64,000 nt of DNA from Candidatus Falkowbacteria bacterium GW2011_GWF2_43_32 (lineage in GTDB: Bacteria > Patescibacteriota > Patescibacteriia > Patescibacteriales > UBA12465), in the NCBI GenBank assembly GCA_000999715.1, contig LCGL01000004.1, positions 44,289 to 108,288 of the forward strand, read 5' to 3'. The translations under genes and the position numbers were made by a program. The notes under the pieces are model-generated. The model made no database searches. It had not been told where the DNA came from and worked only from the letters and a program-made list of their open reading frames with translations. Each line of letters begins with the position of its first letter. Position 1 is the stretch's first letter. Of this stretch, positions 43,102 to 53,127 are shown piece after piece.

Positions 43102-44364
43102 TTAATCAAGACGTTGGATGTCGGCGCCTAATTTTTTGAGCCGTTCGTCCAATTTTTCGTAACCGCGATCCAACTGGTAGATATTGTCGATCTCTGTCGT
43201 GCCGTCGGCAATCAGCGCGGCAATTACCAAAGCGATGCCTGCCCGAATATCCGGGCTGATCAGTTTTTTGCCGTGCAAGCCGGTCGGTCCGGAAATGACC
43301 ACGCGATGCGGATCGCACATAATGATATTGGCGCCCATTTGAGAGAGCATGTCTGTCCAAATCAGCCGGCGATCGTAAATGGTTTCTTGAATCAGCGACA
43401 AGCCGTGTGCTTGGGTCATCAGGACCGCATAAGGTGATTGCAAATCAGTCGGAAAACCGGGATATTCATGAGTTTTAATATTGTAAGAACGAATGTTTTT
43501 CGACGGTTTCATCAATAGCCAGTCGGCGCCTTCCTCGTATTTTACGCCGATTTTATCAAAGACGGTCAGCAAACTTAGAATATGATCGGGATTGCAAGCG
43601 GTTATTTTTATTTCCGAATTGGTGGCCGCGGCCAACAAAGCGAAAGAACCGGTTTCGATTCGGTCGGGGATGATGTCAAAAGTGCCGGCGCTTAATTCGG
43701 TGACGCCCTCTATTTTAATGATTGGTGTTCCGGCGCCGCTGATTTTGGCTCCTTGTTCGTTTAAGTAGTCAGCCAAGGCTTTTATTTCCGGTTCCATGGC
43801 GCAGTTTTTCAAAATTGTTTCGCCGGGAATCAAACAAGCGGTCATCATCAAACTTTCCGTGACCGTGACGCTCACCGTAGAAAAAAAATAAGTCGTTCCT
43901 TGCAGTTTTTTTCCTTTGACCCGATAGCATTTGCCGTCTTCTTCTTCCACCGTCGCGCCGAAAGCCTTGAAACCTTCCAGAAACAGATCAATCGGCCGAC
44001 TGCCGGCGCCGATAACACAGCCGCCCGGGTGAGGGAAGCTGACTTCGCCGAAGCGGGCCAACAGCGGCCCGACAAACATGACCGATGTGCGAAATTTATC
44101 GGCCAGTTTCGAAGAGAGTTCGGTTTTATTGATATTTTTGGTATCAATTTCCGCGCTGGAACCGCGGTGAGTGATTTTTGCCCCCAAGTCGGTCAATAAA
44201 TCAAAAGATTTGCCGATATCTTCGATACCGGGAAGATTATTGACAGTGATAGTCTGCTCGGAGAGAATCGCGGCGGGGATAATTTTTAAAGCCGCGTTTT
44301 TGGCGCCGTTGATTTTGATTTCGCCGCTTAATCGGCGGCCGCCGGTAATGATGAATTTTGGCAT
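43102..44364 (-). CDS. murA: UDP-GlcNAc enolpyruvyl transferase
   Basis: GAKNAAL, PGGCVIG, PDRIETGS and YPGFPTDLQ motifs. Confidence 0.97.
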   Translation of the reverse strand: MPKFIITGGRRLSGEIKINGAKNAALKIIPAAILSEQTITVNNLPGIEDIGKSFDLLTDLGAKITHRGSSAEIDTKNINKTELSSKLADKFRTSVMFVGPLLARFGEVSFPHPGGCVIGAGSRPIDLFLEGFKAFGATVEEEDGKCYRVKGKKLQGTTYFFSTVSVTVTESLMMTACLIPGETILKNCAMEPEIKALADYLNEQGAKISGAGTPIIKIEGVTELSAGTFDIIPDRIETGSFALLAAATNSEIKITACNPDHILSLLTVFDKIGVKYEEGADWLLMKPSKNIRSYNIKTHEYPGFPTDLQSPYAVLMTQAHGLSLIQETIYDRRLIWTDMLSQMGANIIMCDPHRVVISGPTGLHGKKLISPDIRAGIALVIAALIADGTTEIDNIYQLDRGYEKLDERLKKLGADIQRLD

Positions 44365-44482
44365 ATTAGTAAAGCCCGGTTAAGATTATTTATAAGATAA
44401 CTATAGCCCATTTGTTGACATTTTTCAAATATTTGTTATTATTGAGTAATGTTAAGTAAAAAGGGATAATTTTTCAAATTTT

Positions 44483-44791
44483 ATGGCAAAAATTGCAGTA
44501 GTTAAAACAGGCGGCAAACAGTATAAAGTCCGGGAAGGGATGACTTTCAAGACGGAAAAATTGGAGGCGGCCCCGGGACAAAAGGTTAAATTGGAGACGC
44601 TTTTGATTGCCGATGGCGATAAATTAGACTTAGGTCAGCCGTCTTTGGGAGAAAAAGTGGAGGCGGAAGTTTTACAAACCGCCAAGGGCGATAAAGTGAC
44701 GGTCGTGAAATATAAGAATAAAACTCGTTATAAGAAAACGGTCGGTCATCGTCAGCAATTTACCGCTTTAAAAGTTTTGAAGATTGCTTAA
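44483..44791 (+). CDS. rplU: 50S ribosomal protein L21
   Basis: TGGKQYKV and GHRQ motifs. Confidence 0.97.
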   Translation: MAKIAVVKTGGKQYKVREGMTFKTEKLEAAPGQKVKLETLLIADGDKLDLGQPSLGEKVEAEVLQTAKGDKVTVVKYKNKTRYKKTVGHRQQFTALKVLKIA

Positions 44792-44822
44792 ATCGGAGAT
44801 TGTTAAAAAAATATTAGAAAAT

Positions 44823-44857
44823 AAAAAAGCCCGTTGTTATCATGCAACGGGCTTTTT
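44823..44857. terminator. Bidirectional terminator
   Basis: AAAAAAGCCCGTTG...CAACGGGCTTTTT. Confidence 0.85.
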
Positions 44858-44891
44858 GAGTTTCGGGTTTGATGATCGGCGTTTTCATGTT

Positions 44892-45479
44892 TTAATGCCG
44901 ATTTTTTAACGCGCTCGCCAAAGTCAGTTCGTCGGCATATTCCAAATCGGAACCGGCCGGCAGGCCTTTGGCCAGGCGGGTTACTTGGAGATGATTTTTT
45001 AGAATCTTATTGAGATATAAGGCGGTGGTTTCGCCCTCCAAAGTGAAGTTGAGCGCCAAAATTATTTCTTTGATTTTGTCCGTTCGTATTTTCTTGAGCA
45101 ATTGATCAATATTCAAATCTTCCGGTCGGACTTCGTTGATGGTGTTTAAGAGCCCGTCGAGAACGAAATAGCGACCGTGATATTGTCCGGTCGCTTCCAA
45201 GGCCGATAAATCTTGGGTGTTTTCCACGACACACAATAGATCGGTCTGGCGATTTTGATCGGCACAAATCGGACAAGGATTGTTTTCCGACAAGGCAAAA
45301 CAGGTTTGACAAACGGTCGTTTTCGATTTTAATTCGTTGATGGCCGTGGCCAAAGTTTTTAATTTTTCGCCGCTTTGTTTAAGCAGATGGAAAACATAGC
45401 GTTCGGCCGTTTTGGGGCCGACGCTGGGCAGTCCGGAAAGCTCGTTTATCAAGTTTTGAATCGCGGCGGGGTATTTCAT
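44892..45479 (-). CDS. recR: Recombination mediator RecR
   Basis: LPSVGPKTAER HhH, CxxC..CPIC, Toprim domain. Confidence 0.97.
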   Translation of the reverse strand: MKYPAAIQNLINELSGLPSVGPKTAERYVFHLLKQSGEKLKTLATAINELKSKTTVCQTCFALSENNPCPICADQNRQTDLLCVVENTQDLSALEATGQYHGRYFVLDGLLNTINEVRPEDLNIDQLLKKIRTDKIKEIILALNFTLEGETTALYLNKILKNHLQVTRLAKGLPAGSDLEYADELTLASALKNRH

Positions 45480-45513
45480 TTGAAAAGCGATAAAAATATT
45501 TATCGGTTATTTT

Positions 45514-45789
45514 TTAGTTCATCCCCGGTAAACCGCCCATATCCTGCAGCTTTTTGGCCATGATTCGTTGCGCGCGTTTGAGCGCGTCGTTAAAACAACT
45601 TTTCACGGTATTTTCTTGCGCCTCTTTTGACAAGCTGTCGCTGAGTTTTAATTCAATGATTTCCATATTGCCGTTTAAGACAATTTTAACGCCGTTTTTT
45701 TCTTCGGTGACAGTCTCCTGCGCCAAGGCGCTTTGCATGGTTTTCGCTTGGGAACGCAAATCTCTAAATTGTTTCAGTTTACTGAACAT
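45514..45789 (-). CDS. YbaB/EbfC nucleoid-associated protein
   Basis: Size, sequence pattern and position upstream of recR. Confidence 0.88.
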   Translation of the reverse strand: MFSKLKQFRDLRSQAKTMQSALAQETVTEEKNGVKIVLNGNMEIIELKLSDSLSKEAQENTVKSCFNDALKRAQRIMAKKLQDMGGLPGMN

Positions 45790-45805
45790 AAGATAAAAAT
45801 TAATT

Positions 45806-47254
45806 TTAAAATTCTATCGGTTTTGATTCGGCCTCGCTATTGCCGTCGACGCTGGTGTTGCCGCCGCCGGATTTTTTGCTCAAACTTTTGAAATTGACGG
45901 TATTTTCGTCAAAAAATAAATCGATTTTTCCGGTCGGACCGTTGCGATGTTTGGCGATATGGATTTCCGCTTTATGGCGTTCTTCCAGCGGCAAGTCATT
46001 GGGATTATAACCGCGATCGGCCGCTTTGCGGTAAATGAACATTACAATATCAGCGTCTTGTTCAATGGAGCCGGAATCGCGCAAGTGCGACAATTTGGGA
46101 ATCGCCGGATGAGTAAGTTCCACGGCACGGGACAGCTGAGCCAAAGCGAGAATGGGAATATTCAATTCTCGGGCGATGGCTTTCAAGCCGCGGCTGATTT
46201 CGGCAATTTCTTGGACGCGATTGTCGCCATATTTGCCGCGACCCTCCATTAATTGCAGGTAATCGATGACAATCAGGCCCAGGCCTTTTTCCATTTGTAA
46301 ACGTCGGGCTTTGGCGCGGATTTCCATAATGGACAGAACGCCGGAATCGTCAATATAAATCGGCGCTTCGGCCAATTTGCCCATCGCTTCGCCGATGCGG
46401 GCGAAATCGTTATCCTCTTCTTTGTCGGACAAATTGCCGGTGCGCATCTTCCATAAACTGACATTGGCTTGAGCGCAAAGCAGACGATCCACCAGTTGTT
46501 CTTTGCTCATTTCCAAGGAAAAAATGCCGACGCCTTCTTTGCTTTTGATGGCCGCTTGGCGGGCGATGTCCAAAGCCAAAGCGGTTTTACCGACAGACGG
46601 ACGGGCGGCCAAAATTATCAAATCCGATTTTTGCAAACCGGCCAAAAGATTGTCCAAGTCCGGGAAACCGGTGGGCAGTCCCCGCAATTTTCCGCTGTAT
46701 TTATGGAGTTCGTCAATACGATCAAAAGCAGCGGTGAGCAAATTGTCCAAAGGCAGAAAGGCGTTTTTTAAATATTTGCGGGAAACGCCGAATACTTTTT
46801 TTTCGGTTTCATCCAGAATTTCGTCAATATCTCTTTCTTCGTTAAAGCTTAAGCTGGAAATTTCCGCCGCGGTTTGCTGTAAACGGCGCAGAGTCGCCTT
46901 GCGTTGGATGATGCTAGCGTAATTGGCGACATTGCCAGAAGTGGCAACGGTGTTACTGAGTTGGGCAAGATAGGTGCGACCGCCGACAGCGGCTAATTTA
47001 TTTTTTTCTTCCAAGCGGTTAACGATGGTGATAATATCAATCGGTTCTTGATGATTATATAATTCTTTGATGGTTTCGTAGATGATTTTATGGCCGTCTT
47101 TATAAAAATCCTGAGGCATGATGTTGTCGGCCACCTTGATAATCGCGTCTTTATCAATCAAAAGAGAGCCCAAGAGAGATTCTTCGGCTTCCAAACTGTG
47201 CGGCGGCACTTTAGCCATTAAGTCGCTGGTGATGTTTTTGTTATTGTCAGACAT
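45806..47254 (-). CDS. dnaB: Replicative DNA helicase
   Basis: AARPSVGKT, IDYLQL and LRDSGSIEQDAD motifs; no intein. Confidence 0.98.
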   Translation of the reverse strand: MSDNNKNITSDLMAKVPPHSLEAEESLLGSLLIDKDAIIKVADNIMPQDFYKDGHKIIYETIKELYNHQEPIDIITIVNRLEEKNKLAAVGGRTYLAQLSNTVATSGNVANYASIIQRKATLRRLQQTAAEISSLSFNEERDIDEILDETEKKVFGVSRKYLKNAFLPLDNLLTAAFDRIDELHKYSGKLRGLPTGFPDLDNLLAGLQKSDLIILAARPSVGKTALALDIARQAAIKSKEGVGIFSLEMSKEQLVDRLLCAQANVSLWKMRTGNLSDKEEDNDFARIGEAMGKLAEAPIYIDDSGVLSIMEIRAKARRLQMEKGLGLIVIDYLQLMEGRGKYGDNRVQEIAEISRGLKAIARELNIPILALAQLSRAVELTHPAIPKLSHLRDSGSIEQDADIVMFIYRKAADRGYNPNDLPLEERHKAEIHIAKHRNGPTGKIDLFFDENTVNFKSLSKKSGGGNTSVDGNSEAESKPIEF

Positions 47255-47380
47255 TATTTTCAGCTTAAGGTTTTTTTATTTTAACTCATTTCGGCTGGCT
47301 TTTCAAGCACAGTTTGTACGCAGTTTGTCCCCAATTAAAAAAGCCGCCTGGACGCCGGGGCGATTTGGGCGGTTTTATTG

Positions 47381-47453
47381 AGCCATCTGTCGGATTTGAA
47401 CCGACGACCTGCTGTTTACAAGACAGCTGCTCTACCAGCTGAGCTAAGATGGC
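47381..47453 (-). tRNA. tRNA-Thr(TGT)
   Basis: GCCATCTTAGCTCAG..GCTGT-CTTGTAA-ACAGC..GGTTCAAATCC..AGATGGCT; CCA not encoded. Confidence 0.95.
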
Positions 47454-47485
47454 TTGATATGATTTTAGATAGGTTTATGGCAAGA

Positions 47486-47561
47486 TGGTGCGCCCAGCAG
47501 GATTCGAACCTGCGACCATCTCCTTAAAAGGGAGCTGCTCTACCAACTGAGCTATAGGCGC
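47486..47561 (-). tRNA. tRNA-Lys(TTT)
   Basis: GCGCCTATAGCTCAG..CTTTTAA loop..GGTTCGAATCC..GGGCGCACCA. Confidence 0.95.
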
Positions 47562-47790
47562 TTGATTGTAAATAAAACGGCTTAGATAACAAAAGATTTT
47601 TATTTTGACAAGCGTTGATCTTATCTTTTTATTTATAATTCCATTTTTCGCGATTGGCCGCCGGTTTGCCGGAATTCTCGGAAAAACAATAAATGGGTAG
47701 GTATTTCGGTTAAGATAGCCAAGGTTGATTTTTATATTTATCCGTGTTATTATATTGCCTAAGTTCGTTAAATAAATTAAATGTAAAATC

Positions 47791-48105
47791 ATGAGATCCT
47801 TTGGAAATAAATTCGAACGGTCGGCCACAGACGATAGTGCTTTAGTGGCGATAGCCGAGGACGGCGTTGATATCTTGGCCAAAGATTTGGCGAACAGAAA
47901 TTGGACTAAAATTTGGGATAGCCTGTGCAATTCCGAGTTAAGTAGTCCTCCCATCACCGCCAAGATGTCACCTGAAGCCCAAGAGAAATTTAAAAGTATT
48001 GTTAAGGAAACTAAAGAAGCCTTTGTCGAGGAAAAAGAAAATATGGCTAAATATTTAGTTAATCCTCTCCGACAAGCTTTGGAAAAAATGCTTGAAAAAC
48101 TTTAA
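47791..48105 (+). CDS. Hypothetical protein between tRNA genes
   Basis: 104-aa ORF followed by a hairpin at 48129-48154. Confidence 0.55.
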   Translation: MRSFGNKFERSATDDSALVAIAEDGVDILAKDLANRNWTKIWDSLCNSELSSPPITAKMSPEAQEKFKSIVKETKEAFVEEKENMAKYLVNPLRQALEKMLEKL

Positions 48106-48161
48106 ATGACTCCTGGTGCTTGAAAGTTAAAGAGTGTGTTGAACCACACTCTTTTTTATTT

Positions 48162-48321
48162 GTAGTCCCTAGGGGAATTCCGCCTCACTCGCGGACCAGT
48201 CCGCTCGTTCGTTGTCGCGGTCAGCGTCCGAAGCTCCCCCGGAGCTTCGTCCGACGCTCGCTACGGTGCCACTCTGCTGAGCGGCCCCTAAGCTCGCTTC
48301 TGACCTGTTTGCTTCCCCTAG
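48162..48321 (-). repeat. tRNA-Glu 3'-end duplicate with a ~135-nt structured insert in place of the T-loop
   Basis: 17-bp exact repeat GTAGTCCCTAGGGGAAT (48162-48178 = 48373-48389); CTAGGGGAA/TTCCCCTAG closes a GC-rich insert. Confidence 0.75.
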
Positions 48322-48373
48322 TTGCGAATTAATAATAAAAAATATCCAGTATTCACTGGATATTTTTTATTAG

Positions 48374-48445
48374 TAGTCCCTAGGGGAATCGAACCCCTAT
48401 TACCAGGATGAGAACCTGGCGTCCTAACCGTTAGACGAAGGGACC
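48374..48445 (-). tRNA. tRNA-Glu(CTC)
   Basis: GGTCCCTTCGTCTAACGG..CCAGG-TTCTCAT-CCTGG..GGGGTTCGATTCCCC..AGGGACTA. Confidence 0.95.
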
Positions 48446-48453
48446 AAATATCG

Positions 48454-49374
48454 TTAAATTTTATGTCCATTCAAGAATTCTGTCGCGGTCATGATTTTTT
48501 TGCCGGCCGGTTGCAATTTCAGTATCAATAAAGCGCCTTGTCCGCATTGAATCGCCAGTTTTCCTTCATGGAGAAATAAGGTCCCGATCGGCCAATTGTT
48601 TCCCGATAAAATTTGGGGAGAAACTTCGATTATTTTTAGAATTTTTCCGTTGTTCTCGCCGTAGGTTCCGGGCCAGGGATTGTAAGCACGAATCATCCGT
48701 TCAATTTTTGAAGCCGATTCTTGCCAAACAATTTTCCCGTCTTCTTTTTTCAAAACCTTGATGTAACTGGCTTGAGATTCGTCTTGCGCTTGCGGCACGA
48801 GTTGTCCGTTGATGAAATCACGGAGAGTCGGTGACAGTAATTTTGCGCCGGCCTTGGCTAATTTATCATGAACCGTTTCCAGGGTTTCTTGGCCGTTCAA
48901 TTTTATTTTAGCTTGCCGTAAAATCGGACCGGTGTCAAGCCCGGCGTCCATTTTCATGATGGTCACTCCGGTTTCCGCATCGTTATTCAAAATCGGCGCA
49001 TTTAAACAAGCCGCGCCGCGATATTTGGGAAGCAGGGAGGCATGAACATTGATACAACCGAAAGTCGGTATGTCCAAAATTGCTTGAGGAATAACTTGTC
49101 CGTAAGCGATGACGACGATAATATCCGGTTGCAGATTGTCGATAATTTCCGTGGCGGTTTTAATTTTATCCGGCTGAAAGATTTTTAAATTGTTTTTTAA
49201 AGCCAGTTTTTTGACCGGGGAAGCCGTCAAAACCTGTTTTCGCCCCACCGGTTTATCCGGTTGCGTAAAAACGCCGACGATTTCATAAGTCGGCTCGTTC
49301 AACAAGGCGCTGAAGCCGGGCAAAGAAAATTCCGGCGTACCCATGAAGATCAGTTTATATTTTTTTTCCGACAT
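48454..49374 (-). CDS. fmt: Methionyl-tRNA formyltransferase
   Basis: FMGTPEF and NVHASLLPKYRGA motifs. Confidence 0.97.
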   Translation of the reverse strand: MSEKKYKLIFMGTPEFSLPGFSALLNEPTYEIVGVFTQPDKPVGRKQVLTASPVKKLALKNNLKIFQPDKIKTATEIIDNLQPDIIVVIAYGQVIPQAILDIPTFGCINVHASLLPKYRGAACLNAPILNNDAETGVTIMKMDAGLDTGPILRQAKIKLNGQETLETVHDKLAKAGAKLLSPTLRDFINGQLVPQAQDESQASYIKVLKKEDGKIVWQESASKIERMIRAYNPWPGTYGENNGKILKIIEVSPQILSGNNWPIGTLFLHEGKLAIQCGQGALLILKLQPAGKKIMTATEFLNGHKI

Positions 49375-49389
49375 GATATTATTAGAAAT

Positions 49390-50019
49390 ATGTTTATTGC
49401 TTTCATTACCTGGTTATTAGCGCTGACCGCCAATCTCGGTTATTGGGGGGTTTTTATTTTAATGACGGTGGAAAGTTCGTTTTTTCCTTTCCCTTCGGAA
49501 TTGGCCGTACCGCCGGCCGCTTGGCTGGCCAGTCAAGGACAGCTGAATTTGATATTGATTATTTTGGCCGGCACTTGTGGCAGTTTGCTCGGAGCCCTGT
49601 TTAATTATTATTTGGCTTTATGGCTCGGTCGGCCCCTGGTGTATAAATTATTGGATACGCGCGTCGCCAAAATATTGAGAATCAAACAAGTTGACCTGGA
49701 AAGGGCGGAGGCGATGTTTTTGAAAAATTCCCGGCAGGCGACTTTTATTGGCCGCTTGATTCCGGTGGTGCGTCAGTTGATTTCCATTCCGGCGGGTTTT
49801 ACCGGCATGCCGCTCGGCCCCTTTGTCGCTTTGACGGCTCTGGGTGCTTTTATTTGGACTTCCATCCTGGCTTTATTGGGTTATATTTTGGGATCGAATC
49901 AATCGCTGTTGATCAGATATTATGACGAATTACAGCTGTTTATCTTCATTGCCGCCGGTTTGTGGTTGGCTTCTTTCCTGTTGAAAAAACGGCGAAAATA
50001 TTTAGCCGGAAAAAAATAG
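49390..50019 (+). CDS. DedA-family membrane protein
   Basis: ESSFFPFPSE and GRLIPVVRQLISIPAG motifs; ATG 49390. Confidence 0.93.
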   Translation: MFIAFITWLLALTANLGYWGVFILMTVESSFFPFPSELAVPPAAWLASQGQLNLILIILAGTCGSLLGALFNYYLALWLGRPLVYKLLDTRVAKILRIKQVDLERAEAMFLKNSRQATFIGRLIPVVRQLISIPAGFTGMPLGPFVALTALGAFIWTSILALLGYILGSNQSLLIRYYDELQLFIFIAAGLWLASFLLKKRRKYLAGKK

Positions 50020-50022
50020 ATT

Positions 50023-50499
50023 TTATTTTTTTTCCACCAACTTATCAATGAATAAAATGCCGTCCAGATGATCGATCTCATGCTGGATGACGCGCGCCAA
50101 TATTTTTTCGGCGCTTATTTTTTTTACTTTGCCTTTTTCATCAAGATAGGCGCAGCTGATTTTTTTATGTCTGGCCACCGGACCGTAGATGATTTCTCCT
50201 TTGTCGTTTAAGACCGAAAGACAACCCTCGTCTTCAATTTCCCGCGCCCAGGACTTTTTGGTCAGACGGGGGTTGATCATAAAGAGGGTTTTATTTCCTT
50301 TCTGTACGACGATTGCCCGAATATTTTGTCCGACTTGCGGCGCGGCCAGACCGGCGCCGTCCTTTTTGATCATCGTTTCCGCCATATCTAAAAGAAGCTG
50401 GCGGAATTCGGCTTGAACAAATATTTCCTCGGAGATTTCTTGGGATTTTTTTCGTAGAATCGGATGAGGATTGAGAACTATTGGTAATTCTTTAGGCAT
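50023..50499 (-). CDS. def: Peptide deformylase
   Basis: GAGLAAPQVG, EGCLS and QHEIDHLDG motifs. Confidence 0.97.
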   Translation of the reverse strand: MPKELPIVLNPHPILRKKSQEISEEIFVQAEFRQLLLDMAETMIKKDGAGLAAPQVGQNIRAIVVQKGNKTLFMINPRLTKKSWAREIEDEGCLSVLNDKGEIIYGPVARHKKISCAYLDEKGKVKKISAEKILARVIQHEIDHLDGILFIDKLVEKK

Positions 50500-50530
50500 A
50501 TATATGGAAACCGTCTTGAAAAGATCGGTG

Positions 50531-50791
50531 TTATTTTTGATCGATAATTTTAAAAAAGTATTGCCACTTTGTGCCGGCTCGGCACAATTCTTTGGTGTCG
50601 TTTAAAGCCAGTTCAACCTGATGAACCGGTTTTTCTTTGCAGATTTTGAATACGGCGCTTCTTTTGAAGCCGGGGATTCCCAATTCTTTAATGATGCGCA
50701 AAGCCAGTTCTTGCCAGGGATAGGCCGGCGGCTTAATCGTTTTTTTGTTTTTTATTATTTCCGCCAGAGATTGCGGTTTGTCGTTAAACAT
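50531..50791 (-). CDS. Hypothetical protein
   Basis: 86-aa ORF closely coupled within the operon. Confidence 0.75.
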   Translation of the reverse strand: MFNDKPQSLAEIIKNKKTIKPPAYPWQELALRIIKELGIPGFKRSAVFKICKEKPVHQVELALNDTKELCRAGTKWQYFFKIIDQK

Positions 50792-50793
50792 AA

Positions 50794-51591
50794 TCAGATT
50801 TGAAATTCAAAACTCAGATAGCCGATACCGAAATCGGTTTGATAGGCGAGTACTTCCGGTTGCCAATTACGGTCGGCCAGCATGCCCAAAGCGAAAACCA
50901 AGGGTCGGAGGCCGCACTCGCCGGCGTCATTGACGAGCTTCATGTCCATTTTGGTAATGTTTTCCTTGGCCGTCAGGGGATTATTCAAATACTCAATGAG
51001 TTTGTTATCAAATTTTGCGCCTTTGGGAGAATAGCCGCCGGGTGATTTTTTCTTTAAGCGATGAGACAGGTCGCCGGAAACGATGACGGCGATTTTTTTG
51101 GTGCTGGCGGAAATAACAGTTTGCAAAGCGATGCCGCCGTCAGCTAAAGTTTCCAAACTTAAATCGTGGGCCGGAGAGACGGTCACGATTTTGAAGTTAT
51201 CGGTTAAAGATTTCAGGAGGTATAAAGGAACGGCACTGCCATAATCCAGAATCGGTTCGGAAATCAAACGCAGCGGATGAGCGACTCTGAGAGCGGCGGT
51301 CATTTCATCGGCGAGAGGAATGTCGCCCGTTAAAGTGGTTTTCGGATTGATGAAGCCGAAATTTTTCAGGTTGATTTCCATTTCCGGCGCGATATTGATG
51401 GTGAAGGCGTCGGCTTGAGCAAAGCCGTGTTGGCTGATCAAAATTATCGTTTCCACTCCGGCCGTTTTTAGCCGGGCGCCGATGGTTTCGTAAGCGGCGA
51501 CGGTTTTGGCCAGGAAGCCATAGTTAACCCGGCCGATTTCCGGAATCAGCAAAGGAGAATGAGGCAATAGAGCGGCGGCGATTAAAGCCAT
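50794..51591 (-). CDS. MEMO/LigB-like extradiol dioxygenase family protein (AmmeMemoRadiSam B-like)
   Basis: PHSPLLIPEIG, LDYG, SGDLSH and AGECG motifs. Confidence 0.85.
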   Translation of the reverse strand: MALIAAALLPHSPLLIPEIGRVNYGFLAKTVAAYETIGARLKTAGVETIILISQHGFAQADAFTINIAPEMEINLKNFGFINPKTTLTGDIPLADEMTAALRVAHPLRLISEPILDYGSAVPLYLLKSLTDNFKIVTVSPAHDLSLETLADGGIALQTVISASTKKIAVIVSGDLSHRLKKKSPGGYSPKGAKFDNKLIEYLNNPLTAKENITKMDMKLVNDAGECGLRPLVFALGMLADRNWQPEVLAYQTDFGIGYLSFEFQI

Positions 51592-51600
51592 ATGCGTTAA

Positions 51601-53082
51601 TTATTTAACCGCTTCGCCCATATCGTAGTTATAGAGAAATTGCGAAGAAACGGTAACCACGTTTTGAGGATTATAATTTAATTTACTGAACATCGCATCA
51701 TCCATCGGTCGTTTTTTCCCGCCGGAAATAAGATAGACCAAAGGGAAATTTTGAGTTTTGACCAAAGTGCCTTCATCCAACAAAAGCGGAGTGGTGGTGG
51801 CGTAAGCGGTCAGCTCTTTGGTGGTTTTTTTGATAATTTGATCGCCGGCAAATTTTATGTCCAAAAGAACTTTATCCACGGGAGCTTTAATGCCGTTTTC
51901 TACGTAATAAATATCGTTGGTGCGACTGTCTTGCAGAAGCGCGCCGGTGACGTAAGTGGAAGTGGCATTAATGGTGGCACCGACTTTATAGCCGGCCAAG
52001 TCATCAATTGTTGCGGTTTCCACTTCTTCGGGATTGAAACCGAATTTTTTGAAAACCGTGGCGCTGGCGAAGGGCCGTTTTTCTTGATCAACCAACAGAT
52101 AGATGGTTTTGTCGGGCACTTGCACCAAAGAATAATTGGCGAATTTGATTTCCGAACCGATCGGGTAGTTGTCCAGCTCGCCGGAATCCACCTCAACGAT
52201 TTGTCCCGGCTTAAAGCGGGAAATATAGGAAGACCAATTGGAGAAATGCCTTTTCTGTCCGTTTTCTATCAGCCAAACCCGCGGATCGCCCGACGCTTTA
52301 ATGATAGAACCGTTCGGATAAAGTCGGGAAACTTTCGGGAAGTAACGGTTCCAAAGTTTATAGGTATTGTAATTTCCGTTGAAAACATGAGGGGTGTAAT
52401 TATATAGAGCGGCCGTGGCTTGATTGGCCGGTGTCACGATCATAGATTCTTGAGAGATGGTGCCGTAAGGGTTGCTGAAAGTATAAGTTTGGCCGGCTTT
52501 GTAAGAATAATTTTGCGGCTCTTGCATGTAAGCCAGAAATTGAAGAGCGGCGCTGTTCACTTGTTTGCCGAAACCTTTGTAGTATGGATTGCAGACCCAA
52601 TTGTCCGGACAGCCATAACCGGTCGCCCAATCCAAACGATTTTGCGACGGGTTGGCGTCCTCGATCAAGCTGGCTTCTTTTTGCAAAAGGACCAAGAGAA
52701 ATTTAGGATTGATGGTGGTGATATGTCGGCATTTGGTGAATTTTTCCGTCTCGGTCGGCGTTTCGCTAAGTGTAATACCCTCGCAATCGTAATTATTGTA
52801 GGCGGCGTCATGAATTATTTGAGCGGCGGTTTTTAGGTCGCCGTGAGTGTTGGTGGTGGTATAATTAGCCAAATAACTCCCTTTATTTTGGAGAAAAGTT
52901 TGGATTTCCGGCAGAGTCATACTGCTGTAATTCAGAATATCCCAATCTTCCAAAATACGATTAGGATTGAAGGCCGGATCAATGCCGGTTTGTGCTTGAG
53001 CGCCTTTAACTAGCGGAAAAAACATTAAAAACGCTATTATAAGCGAGATAGCTATATTTTTCATATTAAATTGGTTAGTCAT
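51601..53082 (-). CDS. Secreted protein, possible lysozyme-like N-domain with repeated surface modules
   Basis: Signal peptide; LLVLLQKE, ATGYGCPD and ALYNYTPH motifs; four VWLI..GQKR-like repeats. Confidence 0.75.
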   Translation of the reverse strand: MTNQFNMKNIAISLIIAFLMFFPLVKGAQAQTGIDPAFNPNRILEDWDILNYSSMTLPEIQTFLQNKGSYLANYTTTNTHGDLKTAAQIIHDAAYNNYDCEGITLSETPTETEKFTKCRHITTINPKFLLVLLQKEASLIEDANPSQNRLDWATGYGCPDNWVCNPYYKGFGKQVNSAALQFLAYMQEPQNYSYKAGQTYTFSNPYGTISQESMIVTPANQATAALYNYTPHVFNGNYNTYKLWNRYFPKVSRLYPNGSIIKASGDPRVWLIENGQKRHFSNWSSYISRFKPGQIVEVDSGELDNYPIGSEIKFANYSLVQVPDKTIYLLVDQEKRPFASATVFKKFGFNPEEVETATIDDLAGYKVGATINATSTYVTGALLQDSRTNDIYYVENGIKAPVDKVLLDIKFAGDQIIKKTTKELTAYATTTPLLLDEGTLVKTQNFPLVYLISGGKKRPMDDAMFSKLNYNPQNVVTVSSQFLYNYDMGEAVK

Positions 53083-53127
53083 GGATATATTATAGTATAG
53101 ATTGAAGCGAAAGACAAAATTATTGTC

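Noticed and set aside
45806-47254. Intein in DnaB
   Set aside because: Normal length (482 aa) with uninterrupted motifs
47475-48332. ORFs 47475-47963 (-) and 48120-48332 (+)
   Set aside because: They overlap tRNA-Lys and the tRNA-Glu-derived structured repeat, so they are spurious
49357-50018. Inverted TATTTTTTT(T)CCG / CGGAAAAAAATA around dedA as inversion ends
   Set aside because: Low complexity, and reversing the segment would remove the fmt start
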